From Octopus vulgaris (taxonomy: Eukaryota): a DNA stretch of 64,000 bases. The stretch spans positions 19,654,001 through 19,718,000 of the forward strand of contig OX597815.1 of NCBI GenBank assembly GCA_951406725.2, written 5' to 3'. The position numbers were made by a program, and so were the translations under genes. This document shows, piece by piece, positions 1-13,195 of this stretch (position 1 is its first letter; each line of letters starts with the position of its first letter). The notes under the pieces were generated by a model. It was not told the DNA's origin. It saw nothing but the letters and a program-made list of their open reading frames with translations, and made no database searches.

Positions 1-566
1 TAAAATTTCATTCTAGTTATAGAGAATTAAATGTGACTTTTTTTTTTTTTGACTTACATTATATTAAATTTAGCTTCGATTAAATGTTGCAGTTTGACAC
101 ACTGTACGTTGTAATTGGCGGTAACTACTTTATTGACACGTGCTTGTGACAGTATTCAGCCAGCTGCAGTATGACGTCGAACTAATGGACTAAGAAGGGA
201 TGAAACTCAACCCCTTGATGGCTTCTCTTTTTGCGCCATACATCAAAGATCTATTTTCCATTAAACTGTTAAATGAGATGCCTGCAGTACCAATCGATGA
301 CAATGCAGGCTTCTTCGAAGTATATGCAGAAACTTAACGTATTTTGTCGTTGCTAGTATTCTATACACAGTGAAACCAGATAAGATCTCAAAATAAATTT
401 GTTATCAGAACACCGATAAGGAATTTTAACCAATGTTTTACACTTTTACACGATCATTAATGACACCACTGAATCTTGTCATATTTTGCAAATCTTTTGA
501 TAGAGTTTATTTAAATTCAGGACCTCTTGGAAATTTTACTAAAATGTCTTAACTCTCATATATGTA

Positions 567-980
567 TTACTCTCTTTTACTCTTTTACTAGTTTCAGTCA
601 TTTGACTGCGGCCATGCTGGAGCACCGCCTTTAGTCGAGAAATTCGACCCCAGGACTTATTCCTTGTAAGCCTAGTACATATTCTATCGGTACCTTTTGC
701 CGAACCGCTAGATTAAGGGGACGTAAACACACCTGCATCGGTTGTCAAGCGATGCTGGGGGGACAAACACAGACACACAAACACACACATATATATACAT
801 ATACATATATACAACGGGCTTCTTTCAGTTTCCGTCTACCAAATCTACTCAGAAGGCTTTTTTTTTTGTCGGCCCGAGGCTATAGTAGAAGACACTTGCC
901 CAAGGTGCCACGCAGTGAGACTGAACCCGAAACCATGTGGTTGTTAAGCAAGCTACTTACCACACAGCCACTCCAGCGCC
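567..980 (-). mobile_element. tRNA-derived SINE, family A, full length (octopus-type)
   Basis: Minus strand reads GGCGCTGGAGTGGCTGTGTGGTAAG (A-box) ... GGTTCAGTC (B-box-like), internal (TA)/(TG) tract, tail GCTCCAGCATGGCCGCAGTCAAATGACTGAAAC + (AGTAAAAG)n. Highly similar copies at 19.5, 24.4, 35.6 and 50.7 kb. Confidence 0.92.
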
Positions 981-1475
981 ATATGTCTATTAACATTCAT
1001 AAATATATTTTTATTCAGAACGTGAATATGAAAATTGGCGGAAGAGTGTCTGTAGTATTAGGAACTTTGCCGTGGCAAGATTTTAATTCATAGGAGATGT
1101 AAGAACACAACTATAGTCTGGCTGTAACAATATTGCGAATTGGTTCTATAATTTATATTTGAGAACGGTATATACATTATTAAGTTTCGAATTGTCATCC
1201 TAATATATCTTTGTCGATTATATTTCAAATAATAGCAAGGATTAGACATTGAAAAACAGTGTGTGAGTATCCGCATCTGCTTTCGCATGCGTAAGCCTGG
1301 GCGCGTGCTCGGGAAAATATCGTGTAGGCACGATAATTATTGTCATACAGAGAGAAATTCTAGTATTTCTTATCAATGATCAGCAAATCCCTATTATGTA
1401 ATCATAAAACGTTCTAAGGTTAGTATCCCCAACGGATTTATAAAAGTATTTCCCTTTAGTACACCAACACTTTTC

Positions 1476-1995
1476 TAACTAGAAAGGGTATGGCCTGGTC
1501 AGCCTGTAATGACATGCATAAGATCTGGCCATCAAATCTAAGTAGAGACTTCAAACTTGAAATCTTCAAAGCCACAGTCGAACCAATTCTACTATATGGC
1601 TCAGAAATCTGGACGTTATCAAAGAAGCTTGAGAGGCGGTTGGATGGAACCTACACTCGCCTCCTTATGAGAGCTCAAAATCTCTCGTGGAAGCGCCATC
1701 CAACCAAAATGCAAATATATGGGAAACTACCACCTGTGTCAGCTCTTGTGTAAGGTAGGAGAGTTCAGTTTGCTGGACATTGTTGTAGAGCTGAAAAAGA
1801 GGTAATTTCTACTCTTCTCCTCTGGAAGCCATCTACTCGCAATACCAGAGGGCGCACACTTTCCTACCTTGATGTAATCTCCAGGGATACAGGTATTCAG
1901 CTACAGGACCTCCGTAATGCCATGATGGACCGTGAAGTCTGGCGTAGCATGGTAAATTCCATTGTCTCGACCACGGTCGAACAATGATAATGATG
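1476..1995 (+). mobile_element. 5'-truncated RTE-type non-LTR retrotransposon (RT C-terminal region)
   Basis: Translates RKGMAWSACNDMHKIW...VEPILLYGSEIWTL...*GRRVQFAGHCCRA...AMMDREVWRSMV...EQ* in one frame with one premature stop (1751-1753). Short (TGA/TAA)n tail. 10-bp TSD AACACTTTTC at 1466-1475 and 1996-2005. Confidence 0.9.
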
Positions 1996-3617
1996 AACAC
2001 TTTTCCGCCTTAAGGTGTAAGTCCAAAATTAGAACATACAGTTAATTCTGTAACCATATATGCACATATATCATACGCACCACAAATTTAGGTAAAAGTA
2101 ATATGAAAATAATTTTAAATTTAAATCCTCTGCTGAATGTTATTTGCTTGTATAGTTATACAATAATTGAGAGAAAGAGAAAGTTCTGTTGGCAAATATG
2201 CAACAAACGACGGCCTTGAAACAGGTCAATCTGTAATCTACTCGTATAATATTATCCATATTCAAAGAACATCAACTTCCTTTTCTTTTATGATATTATT
2301 TCTAGATATTATCAGCTTTCTAATCAAATAAAGTATCTTTTGATTCGTCAATGCATGTTTTAAAAAAAGAAATATCTCGGAAACTTGGAATTTGCTTAAT
2401 TTTGTGTAATCATATTTTATGATGAAATAGCAGAGTCTTATTTCGGAACGGTTATCGTTTGAGTGTTCGCAACAACTACAATGCCTATTTTTCATGTTTA
2501 GTAACTAACCATCTAATATCTCAATTTTCTTTCCTTAATATTCATACAAAATTACTGAAAATGATTCTGTCTCTTTTCATGCCATTAAATTATAACTAAA
2601 AATCGATGTTGACAATAGAATAAAAACTTGGTTCATTTAAACTGATTTGTGTGGGAGTTTGACTTGAAGCTTTAAAAACATTTTTCCTCCCCGAAAAGAA
2701 GGATATTGGTTGCGTTTATTCCTTAGCACACTGACAACTCACAGAATGTACTTACGCACTTCACATTTGAATGTTTCGAGAGTAATTTTAAAGTATCTTA
2801 AAATCGATTAGTTAGTTTCGTATTAAATAATAAAAATTTAATTAAGTCAGCGACAAGTAGTTGGATTCTCGAGTATGAAGTATAATATTGATTTCTCCAA
2901 TTTTTTTCTATAACAGGTGGCGGGATGGCGATGGGGTGGCAGTGGGAAACGGTAAAATGTCGAGTAAAAGCTAAGGAAGCGCCTATGTGGTCACTTGTTC
3001 TGCTAGACATAGCAGATAAGTCGCCTCCAAATTACTCATTGTTTTAATGAAGTTATAGATACACTATTTCTGAAGCTAAAACGGGATGGTCAAATATTTT
3101 AATTATATGTCTAATCTATCAGTACTGTCTGGCGACAAGTAGCAGCAACAACGGTAACAACAACAAGCCATAGTATTTAGTTTTGTTGTTCTAATCTTTG
3201 AATTCACTTCCCACCTAAATCTACTTTGACGTACTAACAGACATGTAGTGAGATGGAGTCAACTGTTTGTACCTCTCAGCAAACATGGACTGACAACAAA
3301 TCAGCCTCCGAAGCTCTCGTTAAATATATATTGTAGCTGAGTCGAATGCTTATGAGTCTCATTAGCCAAATATTGAGGCAGCCCTTGTCTGTAAATTTAA
3401 AAGGCATGTGCTGGACTGAATCAACTCTCTATACCTTTCATTTGTCAGGTATTGTGCCCCGTTTAAACTGAGACTGATGTAATACCTCTATACCGCATCT
3501 ACAAGTTAAAATTGATTTTAGTAGATACAAAATAGTTTGTTCAGCGGAGGGTTATAGTTGAATTAAAGCAAAATCGAGTACAGTCAAAAAGAAACTCGAT
3601 TTCATGTTTATTCTGTT

Positions 3618-4555
3618 TGAAAAAAAGATGCTCAACTTGCAATGGACGCAAACGGAGGCGTTATGAAAGCCTTACACACCTACCAAAGTAACAAGAATGT
3701 AGAGATGTAATGACTAGTCTTATTCTGGTTAACCTAGAATAATATCCAACTAACAGTGGATATTCCTATACATGAGAAATTTGATATGTAATAAAGTATT
3801 TCCATACAGGTCATACAAGTACTTAATGTTAGAAACAAAGCCCGGTCTCCTATGTAACGGACCAAAACGGCGTGGGCTAGTGGTTTTTGCATCTGATTAA
3901 TCAGGTACCTATTTCTATGACTCTGTGGGAGGATCTGTGACAATGTGAAATATATTGTTCAGGTCATAAGCAAAACTAAACACGCGCAGTAGATATCAGC
4001 CAATGACTCTTGAACCGATGGTCCAATATTCTAGCCATCAGCAATTCACTAAGTTTTCATATACTGCTAAACACTTAACTTGATATTGTACAGTTTCTGT
4101 GGAGGCTTATTCATTTAGGTCACGAAGTTTAATATCAAAACTGAAGGCTGTGCGCTACAAAATCGATCGCTTGCGTACATTACGAAAATGACACCGATTT
4201 TAATTACTTCCCATCTTCTGCATTTGGAGTTCAAATTTTACTGGAGCCAACATCGAGTTTTTAACACCTCAGTCGATGAATTCTATACCAGCTAAATTCT
4301 AGATGTCAATAAAGAAACAATTGACATCTAGAATTTAGCTAGTATAGAATTCATCGACTGAGGTGTTAAAAACTCGATGTTGGCTCCAGTAAAATACTCC
4401 AGTATAGGAGTATCCACTGTTAGTTGGATATTATTCTAGGTTAACCAGAATAAGACTAAACATTACATCTCTACATTCTGGTTACTGTGGTAGGTGTGTA
4501 AAGCTTTCATAACGCCTCCGTTTGCGTCCATTGCAAGTTGAGCATCTTTTTTTCA
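3618..4555. repeat. Nested inverted repeats: outer arms 3618-3771/4402-4555, inner palindrome 4235-4310/4320-4395
   Basis: Direct reverse-complement comparison. The inner arms are 76 bp with one mismatch and a 9-nt loop. Confidence 0.93.
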
Positions 4556-5642
4556 GGACTGAACACAGACGGGACAAATTACAAAGTAGAGCTTTTCTTT
4601 TTGGGGTAGAAAAAAATGCTTTGTACATATGTGCAGTGTCTCGATTTAAAATTATATATCATAGTAAACTGATGTAGAAATCATCGTAGAGCAAGACGTA
4701 AACATCCACTAGACTATGACTATGGGATGGGTTCAATTACTGGTTGAAGCTATTTCCCTTATCAGAGTCACGTGGCTCAAAATAACATGTCACTGTCTCT
4801 AATCTCTAATACAAGGTATTTATTCCAAGTCAAAAAACAATTTAACATAAGATGATTTATATATTCCTCAAACAGGTTTTAACATTATCTTAATTAATAT
4901 TCATGACTGGCTTCCTTAAACTAAGAGAATTTTTTGATAAACAATTCCAATTAGCTTTAATTCTAAACAACAAATGATTGTTCATTACACTGACAGCAAT
5001 CTTGAGAAGGACGACTAATGCTAGTTTTCCTCCTTATTATTTCAAGTTGATAAAAAGATTAAATTATTTCCGAAAACAAATATTTTGACATGATCATAGA
5101 CGTCATCGACCTAATCCGATTATATAAGGCTAAAACAGGATGATAGAAGCATCAATAGATATGTCAGTAGATAGTTCGGTAAGGAACCATGTGGGAACAG
5201 TAGGAAAAGAGTAGATTTAGAAAGGGTGAAATCTGTTTTATTGATTCAAATAGCGTCTAAATCATTGATATCTAAAGTGATTATTTGGTGATGCAAAAAT
5301 TCTTCACAGCCATTAAGATTACAAACTAATACTTCTTTACCATTAGCATGTCTTCAAAGAACAGGTTTTATTAAAGATTATCTAGCTCACTGTTTTTTCT
5401 TTCTCTCTTTTTCTCTATCTTGTTAACATCGTTGTTCACTCATTTTTTCCTTGCTTGTTTATATCGTGTTTATTGGACTTTCTTTTTCCTATTTTATTTA
5501 TTTGCATTTCTTCACTGAATTCCATTATGTTTTTATATTGAATCTATCCGTATTTTCTTCAAACAAATTACTTTTCGAAATAAATTTTCCTAGTTTATCA
5601 ACAATTTAGAAGTTAAAATAATGAAAGGATTAGAAACTGTAT

Positions 5643-6084
5643 ATTAGAGGATCAACTTCATAGGTTATCTCTAACAAAAGTGATAGATGGACAAGGATGT
5701 TGGATGAAATGAATTTCAAACAACCCACAAAACCCAATGTAACTCCAATAATCACTGCACTGAATCCCAACACTTCAGTTAAGGAAGTAGAACTTGGACT
5801 ATTTCTTGCAGAACAAGTAAATTTTTACCAGTTACTTATATGTAATTCTAACGTTGCTCGCATTAGAGGATCAACTTCATAGGTTATCTCTAACAAAAGT
5901 GATAGATGGACAAGGATGTTGGATGAAATGAATTTCAAACAACCCACAAAACCCAATGTAACTCCAATAATCACTGCACTGAATCCCAACACTTCAGTTA
6001 AGGAAGTAGAACTTGGACTATTTCTTGTAGAACAAGTAAATTTTTACCAGTTACTTATCTGTAATTCTAACGTTGCTCGCATTA
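5643..6084. repeat. Recent 219-bp tandem duplication
   Basis: Units start at 5643 and 5862, two substitutions seen, ATTA microhomology at the junctions. Explains the duplicated ORFs at 5697 and 5916. Confidence 0.95.
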
Positions 6085-7514
6085 AAGACAAATGTCTTAA
6101 AACAAAACCATTCACACAGGTTCCCATAAATACTGGGCCTGAAAAAAGAGTGTGTGCTACCACAGCAGAATGTAATTCATTTTCTTTTCGAGATAGTTAC
6201 CGTGATTTGATCGTGCTATGATTAAGTATTCTCTTTTATGTTTCTTTCTGAGTTCCCATCCAATTTCTCATACAACGCCTTCTTAATTTGCTTATTTTAC
6301 TTTCGCTCATAGAATCGTGTTATTAGCTGCTGCCAGAACCACATAATTAGGACATTTATACTCTTCCAGAGGTTTTGTTGTTTTTATCTCACACATCCAA
6401 CCTACGATTTTATACTATTTTAATTAGCAGTTTGGTCTCGAGAAAGGACTTTGCCTATTATCTTCGCGGCCCTCCTCCTCCGAGATCGGCCAGATCGATA
6501 CAGTTGATGTTCTTCTTGAACAACTTCAAATTAATGGCTGTAGGAAAAACCTGAACAAAGGGGGGATATCCAGAAAACCGACCTTGTGAAGGGGTCAGGG
6601 AGGAATGGACATAGTAAGTTACTGCGGGGCTTCTGTCAGTGTAATCATTATAGATAACAAGAGGATGAGGGATGAGTGAGTCAAATGCATCCTGATGGAG
6701 ACGGAGCTAAGCTACTTAAACTATTATAAACTATAATAGATGGAGTAAAATTTACTTCTTTTAAATTTCATTCACTAAGTAGTGGCTTTTTGTTTTCTTG
6801 CGAATTAAAAAAAAAATTAATTTTAAGAGGAATATTTGTGAAAATTAAATGAGAATAAGATATCAATGTAGAAAAAGTTATTGATAGTTAATAGCAATAA
6901 CTTTTAGTTTAGGGGGGGAAAAAACAAAGAATCAATATCGGATCGATATTTAAAATTATAGAATTTATGGACTTCAAATTACTATCATTTCATTTGTCCG
7001 GATCGATTCAATTTTCTCACTTTTGAAATTTTCCAAAGAGCAGATCTTGAATTATAACTGGAATTTGAATTATAGCTGCAAAATAAAATAATCTTAACTT
7101 TGTTGTTTTTAAAAAAAAACACAAGAAGATTAGAAAAAAAAAAAATGGAAAAGTCCCAATGACTGGCATTTAAGAACTAATTAGATTTTTGATGGTTTGC
7201 GTGATTTCATGCCTAATATATTTTGATATCTTTGCAATCTTATAAAATATGAAATTAGTCCTTACTCAATTAAACCTTTATTTGGTTAGACGTTTCATGA
7301 TACAAAGATTCTAACCATGCGTCATAGGTTTTTAATCTGCCAGGTATGTCTGATCCGCTTCGAACAAGATTCGACTCGCGGTCACGGGTGTATTGCCTTT
7401 ACAGCTTACTTCTTCCTGAGCCTACGAATACATTTCTCTACGTCAAGCAAATGAATAGAAGAAATATACACCCATGGCTGCGTAACATGTATATATATGT
7501 ATATATATATATAA

Positions 7515-7740
7515 GGCGGCGAGCTAGCAGGAACGTTAGCACGCCGGGCGAAATGCATAGCCGTATTTCGTCTGTCGCTACGTTCTGGGTTCAAATTCCA
7601 CCGAGGTCGACTTTGCTTTTCATCCTTTCAGGGTCGATAAATTAAGTACCAGTTGCGTACTGGGGTCGATGTAATTGACTTAATCCGTTTGTCTGTCCTT
7701 GTTCGTCCCTTCTGTGTTTAGCCCCTTGTGGGTAGTAAAG

Positions 7741-7745
<5 letters not shown>
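7515..7745 (+). mobile_element. tRNA-derived SINE, family B, full length
   Basis: GGCGGCGAGCTAGCAG head, GGTTCAAATTCC B-box, central CTTTTCATCCTTTCAGGGTCGATAAATTAAGTACCAG (resembles the MetaSINE core, from memory), tail GCCCCTTGTGGGTAGTAAAGAAATA. Copies at 37.1 and 53.2 kb. Confidence 0.92.
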
Positions 7746-7826
<81 letters not shown>

Positions 7827-8314
7827 ATGAATGAAGTGGCTGATGAATTTGTCATTTGTCCTTATTCGGTACGACGATCGTTTCGGCCCGTTCCTGCGGC
7901 TGTCTTCCGTGGGTAAAATATTGTGAATCCAATTGTATAAAGACTGATGCCAAATCCATTTTCCGCTTCATTCATAGATTATTATTATAACAACTAAAAT
8001 TTCAGAATTCCTGATGTAGATCCAGAGGAAATATACCCCAACCGTAGATGACACCAGGTACCCCAAACTGCGAACGTGCTTTACTCAACACACTAATTGA
8101 CACAAACCCCATTAGTCCAAGAATACACACATATATATATGTATGTATGCATGTATGTATGTATGTATGTATGTATGTATGTATGTATGTATGCATATAT
8201 AAATGTACGCGCGCCCACGCACACACACTGATACACACGCATGGACATACGCACACGCACAGAGCAGGCATACAGAAAGAATGACACAACTAGCTAACTA
8301 GCTAGCTAGCTAGC

Positions 8315-8910
<596 letters not shown>

Positions 8911-9229
8911 TCGTATTGTCTATGTAAGTGTAATGATATCTCCATCAAGGTCGAAGATATAATGCAATTATAGTGAAAAGAGGTGTCTAAACTCAGAAGT
9001 AATGAGAAGAAAATCTATAAGACTTACAAAGAGGTTTGAGGTTGAGGGAAAAACACAGAATGCCTAAATTACTGTTGGAATAAAAAAAATATTTTGCCAT
9101 TTAATTATTGATGAGTAATTATGTTTGTGTACACACACTGCACTAATGAACGTATTGAACTTATAATATCAATTAACCCTGGAAATGTAAAGAGATGCGA
9201 AAAACACATACGTTCGTATATAAACTTGT

Positions 9230-9232
9230 ATG

Positions 9233-9321
<89 letters not shown>

Positions 9322-9615
9322 ATGAATACACGAATATTAGGTTTGCATTTGCAAGAACATATATGTAGACAATCTATGTGCGTGTATATATATGGGTAAG
9401 TGTGTGTGTGTGTGTGAGAGTGTACACGCACACATTCATGCAATCAAGCTTTAAGCACTTGTGTTTAGAGAAGACAGACACATGCATACTTCAAACAGGG
9501 GCACATCCATATGTTTTGTATATATGCACACATCCTTATATGTGTGTGTGTATGTATGTATACTTGCATGAGTGCATGTATCTATCTATAAACGCACACA
9601 AGATATATATACATA

Positions 9616-9656
<41 letters not shown>

Positions 9657-9794
9657 GCATATACATACATATATATATATATATGTATTTATATATATGT
9701 GTATGTCTACATATACATATACATATATATGTATATACATACGTGTATATATATATATATATATATATATACACGTATATATATATATATACAC

Positions 9795-9830
<36 letters not shown>

Positions 9831-9880
9831 GCACATATGTATATATGCATTCATGTATGTATATATTCACAATATATACT
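9230..9880. repeat. Compound (TA)n/(TG)n/(CATA)n microsatellite region
   Basis: Read directly from sequence. Confidence 0.95.
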
Positions 9881-10169
9881 AAAATGTACGGGAATGAATA
9901 GCATTAAATAGACAAATTGTGCAAATGAAAGAAGTGTTTCCCTACCATCGTCGCTCCTAAAAACAATTCCTAATGAAGAACGTTATTGTTTTCCCGACAA
10001 ATGCTGATTAAATCACTATAGTACTACTGATTGTTGCCTAACTGAAGGAAGAGCCCCGGATGATGTTTGACTTCTCTGACGCTTGAATAGCTCCAACAAT
10101 GGAAAACAATAATAATTGGGAACATTTCTTTCTAAAGGAATTGCGTTACATTGCTAGATGTATCACTCC

Positions 10170-10708
<539 letters not shown>

Positions 10709-10712
<4 letters not shown>

Positions 10713-10880
10713 TAGAAAAAACCCATCTTTTATCAATTCAATAATGAAAAATTAAATTATTTTCATTATTGATTTGATAAAAGGTGATTTTTTTCTAATT
10801 TATATATATATATATATTATATTTTGTGAAATTTGATTTAGTATTTCTAAATTGAATTTTGCCCTGTAAGTTTGGAATAA
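10709..10880. mobile_element. Asymmetric foldback element in (TA)n, probable Penelope-like terminus
   Basis: Imperfect arms 10709-10750/10760-10801, then an extension containing CCCTGTAAGTTTGG that is shared with the 17.8-kb element. Confidence 0.6.
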
Positions 10881-11530
10881 TATTAACAGATAAGTTTTCG
10901 CTACGATTCTATTATAAAGAGATGTAGGTTTAACACAGTTCTTTGCTGGATATGCTACATATTGAAAAAGCCATTTGGTATGTAACAGTTTTTAAATTTT
11001 CACCTTTCAACAGCTATACATCTTCGTATGGCCAGTAAGTAAACCAAATTGCAGACATGGGTGGACAACTATCGGTTGCATCATATATATATATATATAT
11101 ATGCTCTGGCTTTTATGACCTCATGGTAAGCAATATCAACAATGTTCTCATTGACCATGTCGATTGTCATTACCAAAAGCTTGGAGATTATGTATTTGTT
11201 CGTCTAGTATCTTTCCTGGTTACATTAACTATTAGTTCGATGATTATGAACAATGATTACAAGTAATTAACAAGACTTGTTGTTATCAAGAAATGAGAGT
11301 AAATGTCTATTGTTATAAACTCTTTCATTAACTTCCATATACAGCTCACGTATTTTGCACCTTAAGTATTGTACATTTTCAATGATGGTATATATTGGAT
11401 ATGCATAAATATGTATCTCTGTATGTACCCGTATGCATATATGTCCGTTCATACACATATACGCATGCATACTGAGAAACATACATATACTCTCATATTA
11501 TATATATATATATATATATATATACATTTT

Positions 11531-11716
11531 TTTATTATATAGAAGGAGCTTCTACAGGACTAGAACTGTTTCATTCAAAAGAAATCTCATGATTTCTTTT
11601 GAATGAAACAGTTCCAGTCCTGTAGAAGCTCCTTCTATATATAATAAATTAATTTACTCTGCTATGTATTGAGTACCTTATTTACTGTGGTTAACCCCGA
11701 CTCAACCCGGGACCTA
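11531..11716. mobile_element. Asymmetric foldback element in (TA)n, probable Penelope-like terminus
   Basis: Arms 11531-11586/11591-11648 with a 4-nt loop, one substitution and one TA indel. The right arm runs on about 65 bp unpaired to the next TA tract. Confidence 0.6.
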
Positions 11717-11744
11717 CATATATATACATACATATATATATATA

Positions 11745-11933
11745 CGCCTTGATAGATCGTTAGCCACTACACACATTTTTTCTCTCTTTGTTTCTCTCCT
11801 TGATTTTACTGTAGAAGAGCGTAGGCTCGAAACGTAAAAGACTTTTTTCTATTCCTGAGCGCTATACTAATACATATGTATGTTTTGTAGACCACCTGTC
11901 TTCGTCTTTGGGTTTTTTTTCGTAAACTTTCCC
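11745..11933 (+). mobile_element. About 190-bp TA-embedded element with variant minimal hammerhead (11805-11840)
   Basis: CTGTAGA-A-GAGC[GTAG]GCTC-GAAA-CG-TA. Same layout as the 16.4-kb element, but core A6 is altered and helix I is weak. Confidence 0.6.
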
Positions 11934-12889
11934 TATATATATATATATATATATACATGAAATTACTCGATATGAATAGTATTATAATATTAATGATATA
12001 ACATGGAGATAAAAGTCGCCAAAAGTATCAGTGAAAATCTGAAAAAAATTTTAACTCAACCTGGCACAGGGTCACCTGAGATTGACTGGCATTCAATGCG
12101 AGGGTGAGTAATTTTCTTAAAGTATAAAAATATTCGGATCTTCACCAGTTCGTGAGATGATGCGCAGGAATATATATATGTAGTCGTTCAATTTGCTAAA
12201 GATAGTGGCATGCATCCATGTGATCCGTAGAAAGTCATTTGCACTGTATATTGCACTTTCCCTTCTTGTTGTTTTACTGATATGGTCATCGTAGTTGTCC
12301 TCGTCGTTTTCATGATCACTATTATCATAATTATCACCATCAACAGTGGTAGCATCATCACGATGCTCTTCATTCTCCCCCACCTCATCATTATCATCAT
12401 AACTATTGTTATCATCATCATCATCATCATCATTAACAACAGCAACATAAAAAAAAATCTTCATGGCTATCATTTATATTCATCTTCGCCAATTACTGGA
12501 CGATAATATGATTATACTTTAGTCAGCTTTAATTTAAAGACACTTAAATTGCTTTAACTTTAACCACCATATTGAAAAAACAGTGTTATCTTAGTTACCA
12601 TTGGTTACTAATTAAAATTGTTTGATAATAATTAATACTGTTGGTATAACTGAAATTTAATTGGATAATGTTTTTCATGAAACTTTAGAGTGAAATGCGT
12701 AAACAGCGCAGTTGTTTTTTTATATACCTGTACCACGTGGTAATAATGGCAACCATTTCATATATAATATATACGTAGTAGAAAATGGCGACTATATTAT
12801 ATATATTCTCTACATGAGTTATTGAGTGATCTTTTCTTTGTACCCTTGCATGAATGTCTGTATATGTTTATGTGTGTATGTGTATGCGT

Positions 12890-13195
12890 GTGAGGGCACA
12901 TGGTCTTATGGTAAGATTGTTGCTCTCACGGTCGCCAGATCCTGGTTGCAATTACTGGTCTGGATGGTGTGTTGTGTTCTTGAGCAAAATACTCCACTTC
13001 ATGTTGTACTACACTCCAGTGTATCGAAGCAATCGTAGATCAACATGCTGAAATGTAGTACACGGAGCACCTTTTCAGGCAACATCGATTTGATGGAGGG
13101 AGTGAACTAATGTGCAACACATGCATTTGATCACTATAAACAAATCATTCGTGCAAGTCGATCTGCAAGAAGTTGCAGAACCGTCTTTTTCGGAC
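12890..13195 (+). mobile_element. Old degenerate tRNA-derived SINE (V-domain-like)
   Basis: GGCACATGGTCTTATGGTAAG head followed by GTGTTGTGTTCTTGAGCAAAATACT. A similar motif occurs at 33670. Confidence 0.55.

Noticed and set aside
752-1093. Repeated [12 protein letters not shown]... (also 35466 and 19394) and ...KETDRISTGLTKNK...
   Set aside because: Incidental frames inside SINE family A copies.
7283-7330. Minus-strand GAAACGTC flanked by TGGTTAGA/TCTAACCA
   Set aside because: The CUGANGA box is missing, so it is at best a deleted remnant.
12249-12270. TATTGCACTTTCCC resembling the miR-92 family 5' end
   Set aside because: The 3' half diverges and no adequate pre-miRNA hairpin is visible.
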